From the human T2T-CHM13v2.0 reference genome, Homo sapiens: DNA of 64,000 nt. Made by a program: the position numbers and the translations under genes. The stretch lies in assembly GCF_009914755.1 (NCBI RefSeq), contig NC_060947.1; one strand, 5' to 3'. The notes under the pieces are model-generated. The model did not search any database. It saw only the letters and a list, made by a program, of their open reading frames with translations, and had not been told where the DNA came from. This document shows positions 45,306 through 63,589 of this stretch, piece after piece. Within the stretch, counting starts at the first letter, position 1. Each line of letters opens with the position of its first letter.

Positions 45306-46107
45306 AACTGCAAGGGAAATAAATGATCATCAACAGATGTGATAAGCAAATTGTGATAAACATAAAAGGGAATTCTACTCAACAATAAAAAGGAACATAC
45401 CGCTGATACAGACAACAGTTTAACTAAATCTCCAACACAGGATGCTGAGTGAAATAAGTCAGATACAAAAAGCTACAAATGTGTGATTCCACCTGTATGA
45501 AGTTATCAGAAGGCTATGTCTAATCTACAGTGGCAGGAAGAAGATCAGTTTACCTGGGACAGGGTCTGGGAGTCCCTTAGCCAAGTCCCAGGTAATTGAC
45601 TAAGAAGGGACACATTGGAAGCATTTGTGGTTGATGGAAATTTTCTGTCTTGATTGTGGTAATGTTTACATGGCTACATAAATTTACAAAAACTTACTGA
45701 ACTATATATTAATTGAATTTGTACATGTTATGCAAATTATATCACATACATAATACTATACATATATATACACAAAAATACACCTATTCTATTTCCTCAC
45801 TAAAACACACCAAAACTAGTGAAGAAAGTAAAAGAGAGAATAAAACTCTTTAATAAAATTATAAAACAGCTAAAACCTGAAACCAGAGATAAGAAGGAAC
45901 TAGGAGAGATAGAGTAAAATTTGGACCAAATAGAAAAGCTAGTACCGAATATATACCTCTATATGTGTCATATTGGTAACATTTTATTTAAAGTAAGTAA
46001 GAATATTGAAATAATAAGTTAATGATTCTTAAATTTCTAAGGCAATGACTATGGTGGTAGATGTTCTTCAAGGAAAATGCAATCTATCCTCATAAGAACT
46101 AGGATCT

Positions 46108-46410
<303 letters not shown>

Positions 46411-48631
46411 GAACTAGGATCCACACAGAATGATAGTGGGGTAAACAGCACTGAAAAAGTTAAGTATTTCTATGGACTCACCATATTTGTTTTCCTCACA
46501 CTCTTGCACGTGGTAGAAGGCATAGAGAATTTGTGACATTTGGGACTTTCTTGTTAATTATGCTCATCACCTACAGTAAAACATATATATTTCAAAGAGG
46601 GCTATGGTAAAATCTAATAGAAGATGGTTATCTACAGCTGATATAAAAGTACCTTTTGGAAAAAGATACTGCAATTGAAGTTCTGACTGACCTAGTTTAC
46701 TCCTTTTACTCGTCTCCATTCTTATATTGACCAGATATCATGACAGGAAATGGAAAAAAGCAAGGTAAGGAAAAAAGTATATAAAAAACAGTATACGAAA
46801 AATATACCTCACAAAGAGTTACATGAAAAAACTGAGTATATTAGGTATGTTTTATATAAAAATGTTTTAAGTCATTAAACAGACCATGGACACCAATGAG
46901 TCAAAGTACATATAAGAGAGGCCAAACTAGTGATGTAAAAAAAAAATGGAAATACATGGAAAGTAAAGTTACCTTCATTTTGCATAGGAAAAATGAAGAA
47001 CACAACCAGAAAAAATAAAAGCTGTATTAGAAACATCAATACTTATATCCTGATAGTCATCGATACAATTAAAAGAGTTGAAAAATCATGCAGATTTAGA
47101 TAAAGATTGTTAAAATCAAAGCAATTTGAGGTGTCCTAAATACACACGTTAGTGATGGTGCTGAGAAAAATGTGTAAAAATATATTCACATTTATAATAG
47201 AAGAAAAATCAAAGATTTCAATTCGCGGATCAAAAGGTAATGCTTTGCAATAAAAATGTGATGATGGTTCATTTTTAGCTCTACAAAAAATACTATGAAC
47301 AATTATACAGCAATAAATTAGACAACATAGAAACAATCAGAAAATTTTCTAGAAATAGGCAGATTACCCAAACTAACTACAGAAGAAAAAGAATATGAGC
47401 AGACCTATAACAAGTAAAGAGATTGAGTCAATAATCAAAAACTTCCAAATAAAGTAAAGCCCAGGAACAAATGGCTTCACAGGTAAATCCTACCAAACAA
47501 CTAAAGAAGAGCGAATTGTTACCAAACTCTTCCAAAAATCTTAAAAACATGGAACACTGTGTAACTCAGTCTATGAGGCCAGGCATTTCCTGATAGAAAG
47601 GCCAAACTACAGTTCAAATTCCTTGTGAGTATTAATGCAAAGATCCTCAAGAAAATACTAGGACACTGAAGCAAGAAACTTATTAAAATTATTACATACC
47701 ATAACCAAGTGGAATTTATGTCAGGAATACAAGTGTGTTTCAACATATGAAAATGAATTAATGTGATATACCAGATTAATAGAATGAAAAAAGATCAGTA
47801 AAAGCATTTGACAAAATTTAACATCCTTTCATGATAAATATATGGTAGAAACTCAGAATAGAAGGGAACTATCTCAACATGATAGAACATTCATAAAAGA
47901 CACGTAGTTAACACAGTTAGTGGTGAAAGACTGAAAACATTTTCCCTTATATCAGGAACAAGACAATGATTCCCACTATAGCCACTTGTATTCAAAATTG
48001 TACTGGTAGTTCCAACTAGAGCAATTAAGGAGGAAAGAATCTAATGTGCAAAGGAAGGAATACAATTATCTCCATTTGTGGCTGCTGTGATCATATTTAT
48101 ATAGAAAATTCTAATGAATTAAAAAATAGAACTAATTTGTGAATTCAGAAAAGATGCAAGATATGAGATCAACACACAATAGTAAGCTGTATTTCTATTC
48201 ACTAGCAATCAACAATTCAAAAAAATTAAGAAAACTAATGTAAAATAGCACCGAAGAGAATAAAATAATTAGGAATAAATTTAACCAATGAGGTCCAAGA
48301 CTTATGTACTGAAAACTACAAAACATTGCTGAAATAAATTTTAAAAGACCACAATAAATGGAAAGACATCCTGTGTCCATAGATTGAAACTCCTAATATT
48401 GTAAACATGACAAACACCCCCAAAGCAATGTATAGATTTAGTGCAATCCCTATGAAAAATCTAATGGCCTTTTTTTTTTTCAGAAATAGAAAAGTAGGTC
48501 TTAAAATTCATGTGGAATTGCAAGGTATGCCAAATAGCCAAAGCAATCTTAATAAAGATAAACAATGTATGTGATTGCTTTGGAGGACACTTATTTCCTG
48601 ATTTCAAAGTTTAGAACAAAATCAAAGTAAT

Positions 48632-50983
48632 TAATATGGTTTTGCTGTGTCCCCACCCAAATATCATCTTGAATTGCAGTTCCCATAATTCCCACATGTC
48701 ATGGGAGGGACCCGGTGGGAGGTAATTGAGTCATAGGGGCAGTTACCTCCATGCTGTTCTCATAATAATGAGTGAGTTCTCATTAGATCTGATGGTTCTA
48801 TAATAAGCTTTTCACCCACCCTTCACTTTGCACTTCTTACTGCCACCATGTGAAAAAGGGCATGTTTTTTTCCTTTTCCGCCATGACTGTAAGTTTCTTG
48901 AGGCCACCCCAGCCTTGTGGAATGGTGAGTCACCTTTTTCTTTCATTAATTACCCAATCTTGGGTATTTCTTTGTAGCAGTGTGAGAATGAACTAATACT
49001 TTAAATTGGCATTTGGAGTGGGGTACTGCTATAAGGATACCCAAAAATGTGGAAGTGATTTTGGAACTGGGTAACAGGCAAAGTTTGGAACAGTTTGGAA
49101 GGCTCAGAAAAAGACAGGGAAATGTAGGAATGTTTGGAACTTCCTAGACACTTAGAGGGCTCAGAAGTCAGGAAGATGTGGGAAAGTTTGGAACTTCCAA
49201 GAGTCTTGTTGAATGGCTTTGACAAAAACACTGATAGTGATATGGACAATGATGTCCAGGATGAGGTGGTCTCAGATGGAGATGAGGAAATTTTTGGGAA
49301 CTGGAGTAAACGTCACTCTTACTATGGTTTAGCAAAGAGACTGGTAGCATTTTGCCCCACCCTAGAGATCCGTGGAACTTTGAACTTTAGAGAGATAATT
49401 TAGGGTATCTGGAGGAAGAAATTTCTTACCAGCAAAGCATTCAAGATGTGACAGAGCATAAAAGTTCAGAAAATTTGCAGCCTGATGATGCAATAGAAAA
49501 GAAAACCCATTTTGGGGGAAGAAACTCAACCTGCTCTGGAAATTTGCTTAAGTAATGATGAACCAAATATTAATCACCGAGGCAATGGGGAAAATGTCTC
49601 CAGGGCATGTCAGAGACCTTCACAGCAGCCCCTCTCATCATAGGCCCAGAGGCCTAGGATGAAAAAATGGTTTCATGGGCCGCGTCCATGACCCCTCTGC
49701 TGTGTGCAGCCTCGGGACTTGGTGCCCTGCATCCCAGCTGCTTCAGCTCCACCCACGAATAAAACTGGGCCAAGGTACAGCTCTGGCCATTGGTTCAGAA
49801 GTTGCAAGCCCCAAGCCTTGGTGGTTTATACATGGTGTTGGGACTGCAGGTGCACAGAAGTCAAGAATTGAGGTTGGGGAACCAGCACCTGAATTTCAGA
49901 GGATGTATGGAAATGCCTGAATGTACAGGCAGACATTTGCTGGAGGGGTGGAGCCCTCATGGACATCCTCTGCTAGGACTGTGCAGAAGGGAAACATGGG
50001 GTTGGAGCTGCCACACAGAGTCCCCACTAGAGGACTGCCTAGTAGAGGTGTGAGAAGAGGGCCACTATCCTCCAGACCCCAGAATGTTAGATCCACCAAG
50101 AGCTTGCACCATGCACCTGGAAAAGCCACAGAAACTCAATGCCAGCCCACAAAAGCAGCCAAGATGGAAGCTATACTCTGCAAAGCCACAGAGGTGGAGC
50201 TGTCCAAGGTCATGGGAGCCCACCTTTGCATCAGTGTAAACTTGATGTGAGACATGGAGTCAAAGGAGGTTATTTCAAAGCTGTAAGATTTAATGACTGC
50301 CTCGCTGGATTTCAGACTTGCATGGGGCCTGTAGCCTTTTTGTTTTAGCCACTTTCTCCCATTTAAAATGGGTGTATTTACCCACTGCCAGTACCCCCAT
50401 TGTCTCTAGGAAGTAACTTACTTGATTTTTGATTTTACAGGCTCATAGGTGGAAGGGACCTGCCTTGTCTCACATGAGACTGGACTTGAACTCTTGAGTT
50501 AATGTTGGAATTTTGAGTTAATGCTGACTTTGGGGGACTGTTGAGAATGCATGATTGGGTTTTGAAATGTGAGGACCTGAAATTTTGGAGGGGCCATGGG
50601 CAAAATTATATGGTTTGGCTGTGTCCCAACTGAAATCTCATCTTGAACTGTAGTTCCCACAATCCCCAGATGCCATGAGAGGGACCAAGTGGGAGGCACT
50701 TGAATAATGGTGGTAGTTATCTCCATGATGTTCTCGTGATAGTGAATGAGTTCTCACAAGATCTGATGGTTTTATAAGGGGCTTTCCCCCCACTCTTTGC
50801 TCTGCACTGCTCCTTGCTGCTGCCTGGTGTAGAAGGACATGTTTGCTTCCCCTTCTGCCATGATTGTAAATTTCCAGAGGCCTCCCCAGCCCTGCAAGAC
50901 TGTAAGTCATATAAATGTATTTTCTTTATAAATCACCCAGCCTTGGATATTTTTTCATAGCTGCATGAGAACAGACTAATACA
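48632..50983 (+). mobile_element. Complete THE1C/D-like MaLR provirus (LTRs 48632-49000 and 50606-50983)
   Basis: Two LTRs, THE1 internal, 5-bp TSD gtaat at 48627-48631 and 50984-50988. Confidence 0.96.
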
Positions 50984-51663
50984 GTAATCAAAACAATGAG
51001 GTACTGGCATGAAAATAAAAATATGTACCAATGGAACACACTGAAATTCAGAAAATACATCTAGCAATATATGATCAATTGATTTTTGCAAGAGTTCTAA
51101 AACATTCAATGCAGAAGAGAGAGCCTTTTCAACAATTGATGTTAAAAAAAGCTGGAAATCCACATGCAAAATAATAAAGTTGGACCCTTATCTCACATCA
51201 TATACAAAAATTAAATCATAATGGATTGAAGACCTAAATTTAAGAGTTAAAACTATTAAACCCTTCACGGGGGCAAATTTTCCTGACCTTTTATTTGGCG
51301 AAGAGTTTTCAGATGGGGCACCAAAAGTTCAAGAATAAAACAAGAAATAGATAATTACACTTCACTGACAATTAAAACTTATGTGCATCAAAGAAAGCAC
51401 TTTTAAGAAAGTAAAAAGTCAACTTTCAACATGGGAAAAAAATATTTGCAAATCAATATTTGGATAAGAATCTAGTTTCAGAATGTACAAGGGACTCTTA
51501 AAGCAACAACAAAATGTCAAACAAACTAATTTTTAAAATTAGCAAAAGACATTCTCCAAAGATATACAAATGTTCAATAAGCATATATAATAATGTTCAA
51601 CATCATTAGTCATTAGGGAAATGCAAATAAAACCACAGTGAAGTGCTATTTCGTACCTTTTCA

Positions 51664-52097
<434 letters not shown>

Positions 52098-52714
52098 AAA
52101 AATGACGCAGTAGATGAGAAAAACAGTTTGATGGTTCTTCAAATAGTTAAACATAGAATTACCAAAAATACCTATCACCTACACTCCTAGATATATATGC
52201 CAAATGTTTGAAAGCAAGTATTCAAATGAAGACATGTATATGCATGGCCATAACACTATTTACAATAAATACAAGGTTGAAACAACTCAAATGTCCTTTA
52301 ACTGGCAAAAAGAAAAATAAAATGTGGTACATTTATACAATGGATTATTATTTGGCCATACAAAATGAATGGGGTACAGGTACATGCTATAACATTGATG
52401 AACCTAAAAAATTATGCTAAGTGAAAAAAGATTGATGCAAAGGTGCATAAGTTGTATAATTCCATATATATGTAATATACATTTTTTGCAAATATATAGA
52501 GGTGGGAAACAGACTAGTGTTTTCCAGTAGCTGGTGGAAGGACTAAATTCAGAATAACTGCTTACTGGATAAAGATTTTTCTTTGGGTGTGATGACAATA
52601 TCTTGAAACTAGACAGAGTTTTATAACATTTTGAGTACACTAATTGCCACAGAATGTTATTCTTTATAATGGTTAATTTTATGTTATATGAATTTTGATT
52701 CAATAAAAAAGCAT

Positions 52715-54992
52715 GGTTCATGAAAGAAAAAGTTAGTAAGTTTAACTTTATCAAAATTAAAACTTTTGCATTCCTAAAACTGTTAAGTGGATGAAAAGTT
52801 CAGCCACAGACTGGTAAAAAAAATTGTCCAATTCCTATCTAATAAAGGACTTATATCCAAAATATACACAAAAAAAAAACACACTTGAACACTTGAAACT
52901 CAATAATAGGAAAGCAAAAACCCATTTAGAAAGTGGCCAAAAGATTTGACAATAACAAATGCTGGTGATGACACATTACCATAAGAAATGTCATTCATTG
53001 TTATGTGAATATAAAATGGTAAAGTGCTTCCATTTTGGAACCATTTGGCAGTTTCTTTCAATACTAATCATAATCTTACCAAATGACCCAGTAATCCTGC
53101 CCCTAGATATTTACCTAACTGATTTGAAAACTTATACACACAAAAAAACTTATGTATATTTATCTATTTTATTTATAACCACACAGAACCAGAAGAAACC
53201 AAGATGACCTTTAATAAGTGAATACAGAAACAACCTGTAGTACCTTAATACAATGGAATATTATTGAACATTAAAAAGAAACAAAGTATCATGTCATGAA
53301 AACACATGGATAAACCTTAAATGCATATTACCAAGTAAAAAAAAAACATTTCAAAAAGCCCACATACTGTATAATTTCAATTAAATGACATTCGGAAAAA
53401 AGCGAAACTGTGGGGACAGTACAAAGATCAGTGATTGTCAAGGGATTGGATGCATGGGAGACAGGAATTAACAGGTGAAGCACATGGGATTTTTTTATGG
53501 TGGTGAAACTTTTCTGTATGATACTATAATGGTGCATACATGACATATGCTCATGTCAAAACCTGTAAAACTTCACAGTGTAAAGAGTGAACCTTAATGT
53601 ACTCAAAATTTAAAACGTATTTAGGATGTTGGGAAATCACAGCATGAAATACAGACTGCAGTAAAAAATCTAACTTATTATAAGTGTTTGAAACAACATC
53701 ACTGAATGGTTTGGGGAAGAGAGGTGCTGCCCTAAGTAAGGTATGAAATGAGTGATTTCTAAAAGAAAATTCAAAGGAGCTTCACCACACTCTACTTGAT
53801 AGAGTTCTTTCCCATGAAGTTACAAGTTAATAATTCTAATGCTACTTTACAATTTACTATGTTTGAGTAATTTAGTAAAAGTACAGCAGATAATGTGAAC
53901 CAATATTTTCAATGTTGGAGGGGAAGTTGACAGACCAGTAAGGATAGGAGGCTAGAATGATATACGTGTAATGAATCAGAGTTGACGATATCAGTATGGA
54001 CTTATGTTACACTTAGTACACATACAGATGGTTAAGCATATAAACACTTATAGATACATGTAGATACATGTGTTAATGCATGCATATTTCCTTCCTCTGT
54101 CATCTGAAGGGACCTAAAAAATGGCACCAAAATAAGAATGAGCATACCTAGTGCCCCGGTGTTCATTTCTTATACCATTCTTTAATAAGATGAGCCAGGA
54201 ATTTTGGAGAAATAGCCAATTCTATGATTGTTAAAAGCAATATATAAAATGAGGCTGGAACATACTGTAGCATTATAAACTAAGGAGGTCCTCAAAAAGA
54301 AAAATCTTCATTTCGATGGGACTATGCTGAAGGAACACAAGAACCAACGTAAAGACCTCCAATGCTCAAAGACAGAAATCAGCATGAGCAACAAAATAAT
54401 TAGTAATGGATATAACCTAAGGTATAAAATTTGTATCCATGAGCCATACTTTTACAAATAAATAGTGAGTTATAAAATGAGAGAGAACAGATGCTTCTCT
54501 CATACAGAATTCCAAATAATTTATGTAGATAATCCAACCTCAAGGTGGTGAAACATAACTTTCTACCCCTTATGGTACCTAGTGACTTCCTTTCAAAGAG
54601 TACAGTATGGAAAGGGGAAAAACACAGTGACTGTACAGTGGAGAAATCTGAAAAACTACTTCAGCCAGGTTGGTTATGAAGGTCAACTTCAACAGTGGCA
54701 ACTCATGTTAATAGTATGTACCCTTGATATTATAGAATGAAAATAGCACTTTACCTCTATGACCTTTCTTCCAAAAAATAAAATAACCACAGTTCAATCA
54801 TGAAAAAACTTCACACAAATTTCTATTGAGGGACATGCTATAAAATACGTGATCAGTACTCCAGAAAATTGCCATGTTATCTAAAACAAAGAAATTCTGA
54901 GAAATTGTCACAGCCAAGATAAGTCTGAGGAGAACCAATGACTAAAAGTCATGTGGTAACCTGAATGAGATCTTGAAACAGAAAAATGGACA
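52715..54992 (+). mobile_element. L1MC/MD-type ORF2 end and long 3'UTR
   Basis: aaagagtacagtatggaaagggg...cagtggagaaatctg and gagaaattgtcacagccaag 3'UTR motifs. Confidence 0.75.
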
Positions 54993-55489
54993 ACCAGAAT
55001 TTTTCAAATTACCTAGAAAGTAAACTTCAGGCTGGCTTCAGAGTTTTATTGAAACATCCGGTGTCAAAATATAACAACAGTTGAATGGAAAGAATAAGAC
55101 AGACAATATGTGTGATCCCAGAATCTTATACCTAAGTTACAAATTAAATATTTAAAATATTTAAAGAATATATTGTCTAAATGAAAAGTAACACAAAATT
55201 TACAATACCCACAGAACATTTTCAAATATTTTCTTGAACTAGTCACTGGGTCAAATTAAATAACTCAGAACTTGGAAATGTGGACATGGGGGTATAAAAG
55301 AACCTGAATGGATGACTAATAAAACAATTACAGAATTGAGGACAAGCAATTGTGATTAAAGAATGGAACATAAAATGAAAATAATTGGCAGTTTAAATAT
55401 ATGATGCAACTAACAATAATTACAAGATGGACGAAGAAAGATACCAGGACTTTGAAATTTGCAATTTTCTCCATCTTTTATATCTAGAT

Positions 55490-55605
55490 GTTAGCTTTAT
55501 GAGGGCAAATATTTTGTCTGTTTTGTTCAAAGATACCTGAAACGGCAGCTGAAATACTGTCTAGTACATCGTGGGTACTTAATAAATGTTTATTTAATGA
55601 ACAAC
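55490..55605 (+). mobile_element. L2 3' end
   Basis: tttatgagggca...tttgtctgttttgttc...ttaataaatgtttatttaatgaa. Confidence 0.7.
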
Positions 55606-56556
55606 AGAATCAATAAATGCCATCTAACGCTGCCAAATCAATAAAAACAGGTTGATGGGAATCTGCACTCTGTACCCCCACCATGGATACTCTAGCTACT
55701 ACCATAATAAGCTAGTTCAATCTCAGGGCCCTGGCGCCAAAGTCACTCTCCACACGGCAATGCTCTAGTCACCAGCTCAGCCACAATACAGCTTCAGACC
55801 TTAGAGTCAATGTTGCTCTGTGCATGCCCGTACTCCTCTCTCCGAATCCCCAGCTGCTTCACAAGCATTTACAACTCTTACATCATTACCAATGTGGCAA
55901 CAGGAGTGCCTGTGCCCTCGGCATCAGTGCTACGACTACCCTCCACCCTAGAGTGATAGTCCTTCTATGCATGCTCATGTTTTAGGTCTCAGCTCTGTTA
56001 CTGATCCTTGGATGGCACTCATTATACAGAAATCCCACTATCATGATGTGGAGGCCTGCAAGGCAGACCCAGTGCCAAGAGGGATATCCTCAGTTATAAC
56101 TTCCCTGGTAGCAGAAAAGGAAATCAGAAGAACCCTAGTAGCTATTGTCACTGAAGACACAACAGCGCTAACAACCACCATACAACAGTACTGGCCACTA
56201 AGGATCCCTGGAATTGTCACTAACACTGACCTCAGCTAACAGAGCTGCATGGAGCCTATGTTGCTCCATCCTCATTAAAGTCAGAACTGCTGCACTCTAC
56301 CCAACCAGTGCCCTCATACCCACCCATAGGGGAATATCTTTCTACATGAAAAGTAGCCCATATAGTCTCAAAGAGGTAACTGCTACATCAAAAGTGTAGA
56401 TATGAATTTAAAGCAACAAAGAAATGAACAAACAAGGAAACATACCACAACCAAAATAATGCAATGATTTCCCTGTAACTGAACCCAGAGAAATGAAGGC
56501 TTGTGAATTGCCTGACAAACAATTGAAACTATTTCTTTTAAAGACACTGGCAAAAT

Positions 56557-59610
<3,054 letters not shown>

Positions 59611-60352
59611 TAAGATAAAACAACTTTTATAACAGAGAGGTGAAAATATTTTTTTAAAATAATCAGAAATTCTGGTGCTGAAGAATACAATAAATGAAAT
59701 AAAATCACAATGGAGAGTATCAGCAGCAAAATTGATCAAGCAGGAAAATAAATCTGTAAACTTGAAAACAGGTTATTTGAAAATATATAGCAGAGGAAAA
59801 AATAAAACTAAATTAAAAAGAATCAAGAAAGCCTAGAATACTTAAGTGACAGCATAAAAATAACAAAAGAACTATTTGTTATATTACATGAGATAAGGTG
59901 AAAGAGAGAACAGGAAAGAAATCTTATTTTTAAAAACAATAGCTTAAAAATTGTCAAATCAAGGCAAAGATCTAAATATCCAACTACAGGGAGGTCAAAG
60001 GTTTCCAGTCAGATTAAATCCAAACTAGACTATAGAAAGACATATTATAATGAAATCTTCAATAATAAAAGATAAAACATCCTGAAAGCAGCAATAGAAT
60101 GAAACAAGTCACGTATAAAGGAATTTCAATAGGACAAATAGACCAATTAAAGAGAATAAATAGATCCCAGAAATAAATCCACACATGTATGCTAAATTTT
60201 ATTTTTTGAAAAAGATGCCAAGAATGCACTGTGGGGAAGTGATTGTGTCTTCAGTAAATGATATTGGGAACACTGGATATCCAAATGTAAAATAAAATTA
60301 GACCTGCATCTCACACCACATACAAAAATAAACTCAAAGGGTATTAGAGACT

Positions 60353-60777
60353 TGTATTAGTCTGTTTTTGCATTGCTATAGAGAAATACCTGAGACTTGG
60401 TAATTTACATAGTAAAGAGTTTAATTGGCTCACAGTTCTGCAGCCTGCATGGAAAGCATGATGCTGGGATCTGCTCAGCTTCTGGAGAGGTCTCAGTAAA
60501 CTTACAATCATGGCAGAAGGCAAACGGGAGCAGGCAAATAACATGGCCAGAGCAGGAGCAATAGAGTAAGGGAGGAGGTGCTAGACACTTTTAAATAATC
60601 AGACATCATGAGAACTAATTCACTATCATGAGGAAAGTACCAGGAGGTATAGTGTTAAACCATTCATGAAAAATCTGCTCCCATGATCCAATTACCTCCC
60701 ACCAGGCCCCACCTCCAGCATTGATGATTGCATTTCAGTATGAGATTTGGGCAGGGATACACATCCGAACTGTATCA
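60353..60777 (-). mobile_element. MSTA/B solo LTR
   Basis: tgtattagtctgtttttgcattgctat...ccgaactgtatca; TSD agact at 60348-60352 and 60778-60782. Confidence 0.95.
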
Positions 60778-61396
60778 AGACTTAAATGTAAATTGTAAAA
60801 CAAAAAACTACTGGAACAAAATATAGGGAAAAAGCTCCATGACATTGGCCTTGGGAATTACTTTTTGGATATAATGCCAAAAACACAGGCAACGAAAGCA
60901 AAACTAGATATGTGGAATTGCATCAAACTAAAAAGATTTGCACAGCAAAGGAAGCAATAAACAGAGTGAAGAGACAATCTATGTTATAAGAGAAACTATT
61001 TGCAAATCATATATCTAATAAGGGGTTAATATCCAAAATATATTAGAAACTAAAACAACTCAATAGAAAGAAAATAAATAACTTTAATTAAAATAAGCAA
61101 ATGACCTTAACAGACATTTCTATAAAGAACACATACAAATGGCTAGCCAACAAGTATGTAAAGAAACACTCAACATCACTAATCATCAAGTAAATGTAAA
61201 TTTAAGGAACAATAAGATATCACCTCACATGAGTTAGAATGACTATTAACAAAAAGACAATAAATAAATGTTGGCAAAGATATGGAGAAAAGGGAATACT
61301 TGCATATTGTTGGCAGGAATATACATTAGTACTACCATTATGGAAAACAGTATGGAAGTTTCTCAAAAAAGTATATAGAACTACCATGTTACCCAG

Positions 61397-61534
61397 TGAT
61401 ATGGTTTGGCTCTGCGTCCTCACGCAAATCTCATCTTGAATTGTAATGTGAATTGTAATCCCCATGTGTTGAGGGAGGGATTTAGTGGGCGGTGAGTGGA
61501 TCATGGCAGCAGTTTCCTCCATGCTGTTCTCATG
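61397..61534 (+). mobile_element. MSTA/THE1D-like LTR 5' fragment
   Basis: tgatatggtttggctctgcgtcc...catgctgttctcatg. Confidence 0.9.
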
Positions 61535-61540
61535 TTTCAA

Positions 61541-61679
61541 TATCATGAAAACAGCCGCGTGGGGGTAACCACCCCCATGATTCAATTACCTCCCATTGGG
61601 TCCCTATCACAACATATAGGTTTTATGGAAACTACAATTAAAGATGAGATTTGGGTGGGAACATGACTAAACCATATCA
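61541..61679 (-). mobile_element. THE1-like LTR 5' fragment
   Basis: Reverse complement begins tgatatggtttagtcatgttcccacccaaatctcatc. Confidence 0.9.
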
Positions 61680-62148
61680 CCAAGCTAATACAGCTTCACT
61701 AGCTGATGTCAGCATGTGCCCAGAATTAGAATATTGATCCAGATTTTTACATTGCCCATTTCATTTCTTTCTTTTAATCTTCAGTCAGAGATCACAGATT
61801 AGTTCACAGGAATAAGCAGAGTCAGTCTAAATTTCAGGAAAAACCCCCTCAAAAACAACTAATGAGACTAGAATCTAATAACAGGTGTACCATAGTTCTT
61901 GAAACATAATTTTTTCTCTCTCCATTCTTCCATTTTTACTAAAGACATATCATACTAAGACCAATTTGCTTTATTATACTTGGCCTGATTATTTGTATAA
62001 AATGTAGCAAGAATAATTATTTTTCACATGGGCTTTTTAATTGGCTTTGATGGAACTCTGTTTCATAGAAGGAATCTCAGATAAGACTTTTTTAAAGTTG
62101 AGCCTAGCTATGGGTTTGTATTCTCAAATAACTTATGAGTTAGGTGAA
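61680..62148 (-). mobile_element. MER4-group ERV1 internal fragment
   Basis: gagactagaatctaataacaggtgtaccatagttcttgaaacataatttt and ggaatctcagataagactttt resemble MER4-int. Confidence 0.65.
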
Positions 62149-62184
62149 GATATTCCCCATATGATGAATCCTTAAAAAATTGAA

Positions 62185-63245
62185 ATCCTATAAACAGATA
62201 GTATCAGTTGTTATCAGAAAATGAGGATGGAAGAGGTAAGGGGAAAATGGGGAGAAGTTGCTTAGTGATTACAATGTTACAAATGGATAGAAAAAATAAA
62301 TTCTGATGCTCTATTGCACAATAGGGTAACTATGGTTAACAGTGAAATATTGCACATTACAAAATATCTAGAATTGAGGCTTTTGAATGTTCTTATCACA
62401 AACAAATGATAAATGCATGATGTGATGTATAGACTCACTACCCTGGTTGGATTGTTATAAAACATATGTGTATACTGAAATATCAAATTGTATCCAATAT
62501 ATGTATAATTCCAATGTGCCAATGAATCAATCACTGCATAAGAAATAACTGTCATTTGATCCAGTAATACCACCTCCTGGTATATATCCAAAAAAATAAA
62601 ATCAGCATGTCAAACAGTTATCAGCACTCCCATGCTCATTACAGCATTATTCACAATACTCAAGACATAAAAACAACTAAAGTTGTCCATGAATGGTGAA
62701 TGAATAAAGAAAGTATCACACACACACTGGAATATTATTCAACCCTAAAATCAAAGGAAACACTGTCATTTGCAGTAACATTAATGAATCTGGAGAATAC
62801 TATGTTAAGTGTCACAGTCCAGGTGCAGAAAAACAAACACACATGGTTTTACTTATATGTGGAATCTAAAATACACAAACTCAAAGAGACAGAGTAGAAG
62901 GGTGGTTACCAGTGGCTTGGGGTAAGGAGATTGGGGAGATGTTACTCATAGGTATAAGATTTCAGTCAGACAGAGGAAATAAGTTGAAGATATGTATTGC
63001 ACACCATGGTGACTTTAATTAGTAACAAATATTGTATGCCTGAAAATTGCCAAGAGAGTACATTTTTAAGTATTTTCATCAAAAAATATTTGTAAGTATG
63101 TAAGACAGTGCATACATTAATTAACTTGATTTAGCCATTCCACGATGTATACATATATCAAAATATCATATTGTAGACCATAGATATACATACAACTTTT
63201 ATGTTTCAATTAACAAAATAATTTTTAATGCACAAAATAAAAAAA
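62185..63245 (+). mobile_element. Two adjacent L1MA 3' ends (~62185-62530 and ~62540-63245)
   Basis: Two separate L1MA-type 3'UTR runs, each ending in a caat...aa terminus. Confidence 0.75.
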
Positions 63246-63333
63246 TTTAAAATTTTGGTTTATGCATCTTGCTTAAATTTTCAAGGCTATAATCTTTTTA
63301 ATTATCAGAGGAATGAATATCACATACACAAAC

Positions 63334-63420
63334 ACATAAACAAACATAAAGAAGAAGTACAAACATAAAGTACAAACATAAAGAAGAAACATAAAGTACA
63401 AACATAAAGAAGAAAAACAT
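63334..63420 (+). repeat. Short tandem repeat built from AAACATAAAG modules
   Basis: Perfect 26-bp duplication 63361-63386 / 63387-63412 plus flanking partial modules. Confidence 0.92.
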
Positions 63421-63589
63421 GCGTTATTCCTAGCAAAATGTAATTGTAATGGCTCTTTTCAGCAAGGTAGAGAATATACTTTAAAATAACGCTTAGACAT
63501 ACGTTTTTATGCAGCAAAATAATTAAGCAGTAAAATACATAAAGAAAATCTGAAACAGAAAGAAACACTGACTAGCCCCTTAATGCATG

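Noticed and set aside
63334-63420. Repeat-spacer pattern reminiscent of CRISPR
   Set aside because: Spacers are 3-9 nt and recurrent, the context is primate DNA, and there are no cas genes.
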